A stretch of DNA of 12,481 nucleotides. It comes from Balanoglossus misakiensis (lineage: Eukaryota > Animalia > Hemichordata). Below, one piece after another: positions 1-9,865 of the stretch. Where the stretch lies: contig CM082596.2 of assembly GCA_040954595.2 (NCBI GenBank), forward strand, positions 5,084,210-5,096,690, in the 5' to 3' direction. Made by a program: the position numbers and the translations under genes. Each line of letters opens with the position of its first letter. The stretch's first letter is position 1. The notes beneath the pieces were generated by a model. It saw only the letters and a list, made by a program, of their open reading frames with translations, was not told the origin of the DNA and made no database searches.

Positions 1-83
1 GCTATAACCCATGGTTTTTATCAAAAAATGACCAGATTTTGAAAATTCGCGAAGTCGAAAAATTGAGGTTTCTGGACGATTTT

Positions 84-101
84 CATGGGCTATAACCCAT
101 G
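84..101. repeat. 18-bp near-perfect palindrome CATGGG-CTATAA-CCCATG spanning each monomer junction (first complete copy shown)
   Basis: CATGGG (84-89) is the reverse complement of CCCATG (96-101). The central TATA is self-complementary, leaving one C/A mismatch. It repeats every 88 bp. Confidence 0.95.
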
Positions 102-3100
102 GTTTTTATCAAAAAATGACCAGATTTTGAAAATTCGCGAAGTCGAAAAATTGAGGTTTCTGGACGATTTTCATGGGCTATAACCCATGGTTTTTATCAA
201 AAAATGACCAGATTTTGAAAATTCGCGAAGTCGAAAAATTGAGGTTTCTGGACGATTTTCATGGGCTATAACCCATGGTTTTTATCAAAAAATGACCAGA
301 TTTTGAAAATTCGCGAAGTCGAAAAATTGAGGTTTCTGGACGATTTTCATGGGCTATAACCCATGGTTTTTATCAAAAAATGACCAGATTTTGAAAATTC
401 GCGAAGTCGAAAAATTGAGGTTTCTGGACGATTTTCATGGGCTATAACCCATGGTTTTTATCAAAAAATGACCAGATTTTGAAAATTCGCGAAGTCGAAA
501 AATTGAGGTTTCTGGACGATTTTCATGGGCTATAACCCATGGTTTTTATCAAAAAATGACCAGATTTTGAAAATTCGCGAAGTCGAAAAATTGAGGTTTC
601 TGGACGATTTTCATGGGCTATAACCCATGGTTTTAATCAAAAAATGACCAGATTTTGAAAATTCGCGAAGTCGAAAAATTGAGGTTTCTGGACGATTTTC
701 ATGGGCTATAACCCATGGTTTTAATCAAAAAATCACCAGATTTTGAAAATTCGCGGAGTCGAAAAATTGAGGTTTCTGGACGATTTTCATGGGCTATAAC
801 CCATGGTTTTTATCAAAAAATGACCAGATTTTGAAAATTCGCGGAGTCGAAAAATTGAGGTTTCTGGACGATTTTCATGGGCTATAACCCATGGTTTTTA
901 TCAAAAAATGACCAGATTTTGAAAATTCGCGAAGTCGAAAAATTGAGGTTTCTGGACGATTTTCATGGGCTATAACCCATGGTTTTTATCAAAAAATGAC
1001 CAGATTTTCAAAATTCGCGAAGTCGAAAAATTGAGGTTTCTGGACGATTTTCATGGGCTATAACCCATGGTTTTAATCAAAAAATGACTAGATTTTGAAA
1101 ATTCGCGAAGTCGAAAAATTGAGGTTTCTGGTCGATTTTCATGGGCTATAACCCATGGTTTTTATCAAAAAATGACCAGATTTTGAAAATTCGCGAAGTC
1201 GAAAAATTGAGGTTTCTGGACGATTTTCAAGGGCTATAACCCATGGTTTTTATCAAAAAATGACCAGATTTTGAAAATTCGCGAAGTCGAAAAATTGAGG
1301 TTTCTGGACGATTTTCATGGGCTATAACCCATGGTTTTTATCAAAAAATGACCAGATTTTGAAAATTCGCGAAGTCGAAAAATTGAGGTTTCTGGACGAT
1401 TTTCATGGGCTATAACCCATGGTTTTTATCAAAAAATGACCAGATTTTGAAAATTCGCGGAGTCGAAAAATTGAGGTTTCTGGACGATTTTCATGGGCTA
1501 TAACCCATGGTTTTTATCAAAAAATGACCAGATTTTGAAAATTCGCGAAGTCGAAAAATTGAGGTTTCTGGTCTATTTTCATGGGCTATAACCCATGGTT
1601 TTTATCAAAAAATGACCAGATTTTGAAAATTCGCGAAGTCGAAAAATTGAGGTTTCTGGACGATTTTCATGGGCTATAACCCATGGTTTTTATCAAAAAA
1701 TGACCAGATTTTGAAAATTCGCGAAGTCGAAAAATTGAGGTTTCTGGACGATTTTCATGGGCTATAACCCATGGTTTTAATCAAAAAATGACCAGATTTT
1801 GAAAATTCGCGAAGTCGAAAAATTGAGGTTTCTGGTCGATTTTCATGGGCTATAACCCATGGTTTTTATCAAAAAATGACCAAATTTTGAAAATTCGCGA
1901 AGTCGAAAAATTGAGGTTTCTGGTCGATTTTCATGGGCTATAACCCATGGTTTTTATCAAAAAATGACCAGATTTTGAAAATTCGCGAAGTCGAAAAATT
2001 GAGGTTTCTGGACGATTTTCATGGGCTATAACCCATGGTTTTTATCAAAAAATGACCAGATTTTGAAAATTCGCGAAGTCGAAAAATTGAGGTTTCTGGA
2101 CGATTTTCATGGGCTATAACCCATGGTTTTTATCAAAAAATGACCAGATTTTGAAAATTCGCGAAGTCGAAAAATTGAGGTTTCTAGACGATTTTCATGG
2201 GCTATAACCCATGGTTTTTATCAAAAAATGACCAGATTTTGAAAATTCGCGAAGTCGAAAAATTGAGGTTTCTGGACGATTTTCATGGGCTATAACCCAT
2301 GGTTTTTATCAAAAAATGACCAGATTTTGAAAATTCGCGAAGTCGAAAAATTGAGGTTTCTGGTCTATTTTCATGGGCTATAACCCATGGTTTTCATCAA
2401 AAAATGACCAGATTTTGAAAATTCGCGAAGTCGAAAAATTGAGGTTTCTGGACGATTTTCATGGGCTATAACCCATGGTTTTTATCAAAAAATGACCAGA
2501 TTTTGAAAATTCGCGAAGTCGAAAAATTGAGGTTTCTGGACGATTTTCATGGGCTATAACCCATGGTTTTTATCAAAAAATGACCAGATTTTGAAAATTC
2601 GCGAAGTCGAAAAATTGAGGTTTCTGGACGATTTTCATGGGCTATAACCCATGGTTTTTATCAAAAAATGACCAGATTTTGAAAATTCGCGAAGTCGAAA
2701 AATTGAGGTTTCTAGACGATTTTCATGGGCTATAACCCATGGTTTTTATCAAAAAATGACCAGATTTTGAAAATTCGCGAAGTCGAAAAATTGAGGTTTC
2801 TGGTCTATTTTCATGGGCTATAACCCATGGTTTTTATCAAAAAATGACCAGATTTTGAAAATTCGCGAAGTCGAAAAATTGAGGTTTCTGGACGATTTTC
2901 ATGGGCTATAACCCATGGTTTTTATCAAAAAATGACCAGATTTTGAAAATTCGCGAAGTCGAAAAATTGAGGTTTCTGGACGATTTTCATGGGCTATAAC
3001 CCATGGTTTTTATCAAAAAATGACCAGATTTTGAAAATTCGCGAAGTCGAAAAATTGAGGTTTCTGGACGATTTTCATGGGCTATAACCCATGGTTTTTA

Positions 3101-3784
3101 TCAAAAAATGACCAGATTTTGAAAATTCGCGAAGTCGAAAAATTGAGGTTTCTGGACGATTTTCATGGGCTATAACCCATGGTTTTTATCAAAAAATGAC
3201 CAGATTTTGAAAATTCGCGAAGTCGAAAAATTGAGGTTTCTAGACGATTTTCATGGGCTATAACCCATGGTTTTTATCAAAAAATGACCAGATTTTGAAA
3301 ATTCGCGAAGTCGAAAAATTGAGGTTTCTGGACGATTTTCATGGGCTATAACCCATGGTTTTTATCAAAAAATGACCAGATTTTGAAAATTCGCGAAGTC
3401 GAAAAATTGAGGTTTCTGGTCTATTTTCATGGGCTATAACCCATGGTTTTTATCAAAAAATGACCAGATTTTGAAAATTCGCGAAGTCGAAAAATTGAGG
3501 TTTCTGGACGATTTTCATGGGCTATAACCCATGGTTTTTATCAAAAAATGACCAGATTTTGAAAATTCGCGAAGTCGAAAAATTGAGGTTTCTGGACGAT
3601 TTTCATGGGCTATAACCCATGGTTTTTATCAAAAAATGACCAGATTTTGAAAATTCGCGAAGTCGAAAAATTGAGGTTTCTGGACGATTTTCATGGGCTA
3701 TAACCCATGGTTTTTATCAAAAAATGACCAGATTTTGAAAATTCGCGAAGTCGAAAAATTGAGGTTTCTGGTCTATTTTCATGG

Positions 3785-3808
3785 GCTATAACCCATGCTA
3801 TAACCCAT
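3785..3808. repeat. 12-bp direct duplication (GCTATAACCCAT)x2, the only multi-base indel in the array
   Basis: 3781 reads ATGG-GCTATAACCCAT-GCTATAACCCAT-GG. The array register shifts by +12 downstream. Confidence 0.95.
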
Positions 3809-3972
3809 GGTTTTTATCAAAAAATGACCAGATTTTGAAAATTCGCGAAGTCGAAAAATTGAGGTTTCTGGACGATTTTCATGGGCTATAATCCATGGTT
3901 TTTATCAAAAAATGACCAGATTTTGAAAATTCGCGAAGTCGAAAAATTGAGGTTTCTGGTCGATTTTCATGG

Positions 3973-5555
3973 GCTATAACCCATGGTTTTTATCAAAAAA
4001 TGACCAAATTTTGAAAATTCGCGAAGTCGAAAAATTGAGGTTTCTGGTCGATTTTCATGGGCTATAACCCATGGTTTTTATCAAAAAATGACCAGATTTT
4101 GAAAATTCGCGAAGTCGAAAAATTGAGGTTTCTGGACGATTTTCATGGGCTATAACCCATGGTTTTTATCAAAAAATGACCAGATTTTGAAAATTCGCGA
4201 AGTCGAAAAATTGAGGTTTCTGGACGATTTTCATGGGCTATAACCCATGGTTTTTATCAAAAAATGACCAGATTTTGAAAATTCGCGAAGTCGAAAAATT
4301 GAGGTTTCTAGACGATTTTCATGGGCTATAACCCATGGTTTTTATCAAAAAATGACCAGATTTTGAAAATTCGCGAAGTCGAAAAATTGAGGTTTCTGGA
4401 CGATTTTCATGGGCTATAACCCATGGTTTTTATCAAAAAATGACCAGATTTTGAAAATTCGCGAAGTCGAAAAATTGAGGTTTCTGGTCTATTTTCATGG
4501 GCTATAACCCATGGTTTTCATCAAAAAATGACCAGATTTTGAAAATTCGCGAAGTCGAAAAATTGAGGTTTCTGGACGATTTTCATGGGCTATAACCCAT
4601 GGTTTTTATCAAAAAATGACCAGATTTTGAAAATTCGCGAAGTCGAAAAATTGAGGTTTCTGGACGATTTTCATGGGCTATAACCCATGGTTTTTATCAA
4701 AAAATGACCAGATTTTGAAAATTCGCGAAGTCGAAAAATTGAGGTTTCTGGACGATTTTCATGGGCTATAACCCATGGTTTTTATCAAAAAATGACCAAA
4801 TTTTGAAAATTCGCGAAGTCGAAAAATTGAGGTTTCTGGTCGATTTTCATGGGCTATAACCCATGGTTTTTATCAAAAAATGACCAGATTTTGAAAATTC
4901 GCGAAGTCGAAAAATTGAGGTTTCTGGACGATTTTCATGGGCTATAACCCATGGTTTTTATCAAAAAATGACCAGATTTTGAAAATTCGCGAAGTCGAAA
5001 AATTGAGGTTTCTGGACGATTTTCATGGGCTATAACCCATGGTTTTTATCAAAAAATGACCAGATTTTCAAAATTCGCGAAGTCGAAAAATTGAGGTTTC
5101 TAGACGATTTTCATGGGCTATAACCCATGGTTTTTATCAAAAAATGACCAGATTTTGAAAATTCGCGAAGTCGAAAAATTGAGGTTTCTGGACGATTTTC
5201 ATGGGCTATAACCCATGGTTTTTATCAAAAAATGACCAGATTTTGAAAATTCGCGAAGTCGAAAAATTGAGGTTTCTGGTCTATTTTCATGGGCTATAAC
5301 CCATGGTTTTCATCAAAAAATGACCAGATTTTGAAAATTCGCGAAGTCGAAAAATTGAGGTTTCTGGACGATTTTCATGGGCTATAACCCATGGTTTTTA
5401 TCAAAAAATGACCAGATTTTGAAAATTCGCGAAGTCGAAAAATTGAGGTTTCTGGACGATTTTCATGGGCTATAACCCATGGTTTTTATCAAAAATGACC
5501 AGATTTTGAAAATTCGCGAAGTCGAAAAATTGAGGTTTCTGGACGATTTTCATGG
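3973..5555. repeat. 9-monomer (792 bp) tandem duplication: units 46-54 and 55-63
   Basis: G35A at 4007/4799, A76T at 4048/4840, G74A at 4310/5102, A76T+G78T at 4488/5280 and T19C at 4519/5311 are all offset by 792 bp. Confidence 0.9.
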
Positions 5556-6612
5556 GCTATAACCCATGGTTTTTATCAAAAAATGACCAGATTTTGAAAA
5601 TTCGCGAAGTCGAAAAATTGAGGTTTCTAGACGATTTTCATGGGCTATAACCCATGGTTTTTATCAAAAAATGACCAGATTTTGAAAAATTCGCGAAGTC
5701 GAAAAATTGAGGTTTCTGGTCTATTTTCATGGGCTATAACCCATGGTTTTTATCAAAAAATGACCAGATTTTGAAAATTCGCGAAGTCGAAAAATTGAGG
5801 TTTCTGGACGATTTTCATGGGCTATAACCCATGGTTTTTATCAAAAAATGACCAGATTTTGAAAATTCGCGAAGTCGAAAAATTGAGGTTTCTGGACGAT
5901 TTTCATGGGCTATAACCCATGGTTTTTATCAAAAAATGACCAGATTTTGAAAATTCGCGAAGTCGAAAAATTGAGGTTTCTGGACGATTTTCATGGGCTA
6001 TAACCCATGGTTTTTATCAAAAAATGACCAGATTTTGAAAATTCGCGAAGTCGAAAAATTGAGGTTTCTGGACGATTTTCATGGGCTATAACCCATGGTT
6101 TTTATCAAAAAATGACCAGATTTTGAAAATTCGCGAAGTCGAAAAATTGAGGTTTCTAGACGATTTTCATGGGCTATAACCCATGGTTTTTATCAAAAAA
6201 TGACCAGATTTTGAAAATTCGCGAAGTCGAAAAATTGAGGTTTCTGGACGATTTTCATGGGCTATAACCCATGGTTTTTATCAAAAAATGACCAGATTTT
6301 GAAAATTCGCGAAGTCGAAAAATTGAGGTTTCTGGTCTATTTTCATGGGCTATAACCCATGGTTTTTATCAAAAAATGACCAGATTTTGAAAATTCGCGA
6401 AGTCGAAAAATTGAGGTTTCTGGACGATTTTCATGGGCTATAACCCATGGTTTTTATCAAAAAATGACCAGATTTTGAAAATTCGCGAAGTCGAAAAATT
6501 GAGGTTTCTGGACGATTTTCATGGGCTATAACCCATGGTTTTTATCAAAAAATGACCAGATTTTGAAAATTCGCGAAGTCGAAAAATTGAGGTTTCTGGA
6601 CGATTTTCATGG

Positions 6613-8371
6613 GCTATAACCCATGGTTTTTATCAAAAAATGACCAGATTTTGAAAATTCGCGAAGTCGAAAAATTGAGGTTTCTGGTCTATTTTCATGG
6701 GCTATAACCCATGGTTTTTATCAAAAAATGACCAGATTTTGAAAATTCGCGAAGTCGAAAAATTGAGGTTTCTGGACGATTTTCATGGGCTATAATCCAT
6801 GGTTTTTATCAAAAAATGACCAGATTTTGAAAATTCGCGAAGTCGAAAAATTGAGGTTTCTGGACGATTTTCATGGGCTATAACCCATGGTTTTTATCAA
6901 AAAATGACTAGATTTTGAAAATTCGCGGAGTCGAAAAATTGAGGTTTCTGGACGATTTTCATGGGCTATAACCCATGGTATTTATCAAAAAATGACCAGA
7001 TTTTGAAAATTCGCGAAGTCGAAAAATTGAGGTTTCTGGACGAATTTCATGGGCTATAACCCATGGTTTTTATCAAAAAATGACCAGATTTTGAAAATTC
7101 GCGAAGTCGAAAAATTGAGGTTTCTGGACGATTTTCATGGGCTATAACCCATGGTTTTTATCAAAAAATGACCAGATTTTGAAAATTCGCGAAGTCGAAA
7201 AATTGAGGTTTCTGGTCTATTTTCATGGGCTATAACCCATGGTTTTTATCAAAAAATGACCAGATTTTGAAAATTCGCGAAGTCGAAAAATTGAGGTTTC
7301 TGGACGATTTTCATGGGCTATAATCCATGGTTTTTATCAAAAAATGACCAGATTTTGAAAATTCGCGAAGTCGAAAAATTGAGGTTTCTGGACGATTTTC
7401 ATGGGCTATAAACCCATGGTTTTTATCAAAAATGACCAGATTTTGAAAATTCGCGGAGTCGAAAAATTGAGGTTTCTGGACGATTTTCATGGGCTATAAC
7501 CCATGGTATTTATCAAAAATGACCAGATTTTGAAAATTCGCGAAGTCGAAAAATTGAGGTTTCTGGACGAATTTCATGGGCTATAACCCATGGTTTTTAT
7601 CAAAAAATGACCAGATTTTGAAAATTCGCGAAGTCGAAAAATTGAGGTTTCTGGACGATTTTCATGGGCTATAACCCATGGTATTTATCAAAAAATGACC
7701 AGATTTTGAAAATTCGCGAAGTCGAAAATTGAGGTTTCTGGACGAATTTCATGGGCTATAACCCATGGTTTTTATCAAAAAATGACCAGATTTTGAAAAT
7801 TCGCGAAGTCGAAAAATTGAGGTTTCTGGACGATTTTCATGGGCTATAACCCATGGTTTTTATCAAAAAATGACCAGATTTTGAAAATTCGCGAAGTCGA
7901 AAAATTGAGGTTTCTGGTCTATTTTCATGGGCTATAACCCATGGTTTTTATCAAAAAATGACCAGATTTTGAAAATTCGCGAAGTCGAAAAATTGAGGTT
8001 TTCTGGACGATTTTCATGGGCTATAATCCATGGTTTTTATCAAAAAATGACCGGATTTTGAAAATTCGCGAAGTCGAAAAATTGAGGTTTCTGGACGATT
8101 TTCATGGGCTATAACCCATGGTTTTTATCAAAAAATGACCAGATTTTGAAAATTCGCGGAGTCGAAAAATTGAGGTTTCTGGACGATTTTCATGGGCTAT
8201 AACCCATGGTATTTATCAAAAAATGACCAGATTTTGAAAATTCGCGAAGTCGAAAAATTGAGGTTTCTGGACGAATTTCATGGGCTATAACCCATGGTTT
8301 TTATCAAAAAATGACCAGATTTTGAAAATTCGCGAAGTCGAAAAATTGAGGTTTCTGGACGATTTTCATGG
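6613..8371. repeat. 6-monomer (528 bp) higher-order repeat, three copies, with the middle copy expanded to 8 monomers
   Basis: The order A76T+G78T, -, C8T, A52G, T16A+T80A, - starts at 6613, 7141 and 7843. C8T lies at 6796/7324/8027 and A52G at 6928/7456/8159. An extra T16A+T80A unit starts at 7668. Confidence 0.88.
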
Positions 8372-9865
8372 GCTATAACCCATGGTTTTTATCAAAAAAT
8401 GACCAGATTTTGAAAATTCGCGAAGTCGAAAAATTGAGGTTTCTGGACGATTTTCATGGGCTATAACCCATGGTTTTTATCAAAAAATGACCAGATTTTG
8501 AAAATTCGCGAAGTCGAAAAATTGAGGTTTCTGGTCTATTTTCATGGGCTATAACCCATGGTTTTTATCAAAAAATGACCAGATTTTGAAAATTCGCGAA
8601 GTCGAAAAATTGAGGTTTCTGGACGATTTTCATGGGCTATAACCCATGGTTTTTATCAAAAAATGACCAGATTTTGAAAATTCGCGAAGTCGAAAAATTG
8701 AGGTTTCTGGACGATTTTCATGGGCTATAACCCATGGTTTTTATCAAAAAATGACCAGATTTTGAAAATTCGCGAAGTCGAAAAATTGAGGTTTCTGGTC
8801 GATTTTCATGGGCTATAACCCATGGTTTTTATCAAAAATGACCAGATTTTGAAAATTCGCGAAGTCGAAAAATTGAGGTTTCTGGACGATTTTCATGGGC
8901 TATAACCCATGGTTTTTATCAAAAAATGACCAGATTTTGAAAATTCGCGAAGTCGAAAAATTGAGGTTTCTGGACGATTTTCATGGGCTATAACCCATGG
9001 TTTTTATCAAAAAATGACCAGATTTTGAAAATTCGCGAAGTCGAAAAATTGAGGTTTCTGGACGATTTTCATGGGCTATAACCCATGGTTTTTATCAAAA
9101 AATGACCAGATTTTGAAAATTCGCGAAGTCGAAAAATTGAGGTTTCTGGTCTATTTTCATGGGCTATAACCCATGGTTTTTATCAAAAAATGACCAGATT
9201 TTGAAAATTCGCGAAGTCGAAAAATTGAGGTTTCTGGACGATTTTCATGGGCTATAACCCATGGTTTTTATAAAAAAATCACCAGATTTTGAAAATTCGC
9301 GAAGTCGAAAAATTGAGGTTTCTGGACGATTTTCATGGGCTATAACCCATGGTTTTTATCAAAAAATGACCAGATTTTGAAAATTCGCGAAGTCGAAAAA
9401 TTGAGGTTTCTGGACGATTTTCATGGGCTATAACCCATGGTTTTTATCAAAAAATGACCAGATTTTGAAAATTCGCGAAGTCGAAAAATTGAGGTTTCTG
9501 GACGATTTTCATGGGCTATAACCCATGGTTTTTATCAAAAAATGACCAGATTTTGAAAATTCGCGAAGTCGAAAAATTGAGGTTTCTGGACGATTTTCAT
9601 GGGCTATAACCCATGGTTTTTATCAAAAAATGACCAGATTTTGAAAATTCGCGAAGTCGAAAAATTGAGGTTTCTGGACGATTTTCATGGGCTATAACCC
9701 ATGGTTTTTATCAAAAAATGACCAGATTTTGAAAATTCGCGAAGTCGAAAATTGAGGTTTCTGGACGATTTTCATGGGCTATAACCCATGGTTTTTATCA
9801 AAAAATGACCAGATTTTGAAAATTCGCGAAGTCGAAAAATTGAGGTTTCTGGACGATTTTCATGG

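Larger units (their letters stand above)
1849..6876. repeat. Higher-order duplication of a 24-monomer (~2.1 kb) block: units 22-45 (1849-3972) match units 55-78 (4765-6876)
   Basis: Both blocks show the same variant order: G35A+A76T, -, -, G74A, -, A76T+G78T, T19C, -, -, G74A, A76T+G78T, -, -, -, -, G74A, -, A76T+G78T, -, -, -, A76T+G78T, -, C8T. Confidence 0.9.

Noticed and set aside
3-14. TATAA followed by CCATGG as a TATA box or start-codon context; TATAAT created by C8T as a -10 box
   Set aside because: These are short motifs inside a satellite. The ATG at 11 hits TGA at 29 after six codons, and there is no downstream gene.
45-61. CENP-B box
   Set aside because: TTCG is present on both strands, but the downstream A and CGGG of NTTCGNNNNANNCGGGN are absent.
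53-69. Substitution-free 17-bp segment AGTCGAAAAATTGAGGT as a conserved protein-binding box
   Set aside because: With only about 19 variable sites in 88 positions, a gap of this size is not convincingly beyond chance. Genome-wide monomer data are needed.
19-74. Mutation hotspots at monomer positions 19, 52 and 74, each with two alternative bases
   Set aside because: A few double hits are expected by chance among about 22 substitution types over 88 sites, and A52C and G74C are singletons that may be errors.
1-88. Tandem tRNA, 5S rRNA or spliced-leader RNA gene units
   Set aside because: There is no cloverleaf, no T-loop GTTCRA or A/B box, and no recognisable similarity to these RNAs. The unit is too short for 5S plus spacer.
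1089-6909. Compensatory covariation between C33T and G74A, which are paired positions of the CCAGA/TCTGG inverted repeat
   Set aside because: The two variants never occur in the same or adjacent units, so there is no covariation support for a conserved RNA structure.
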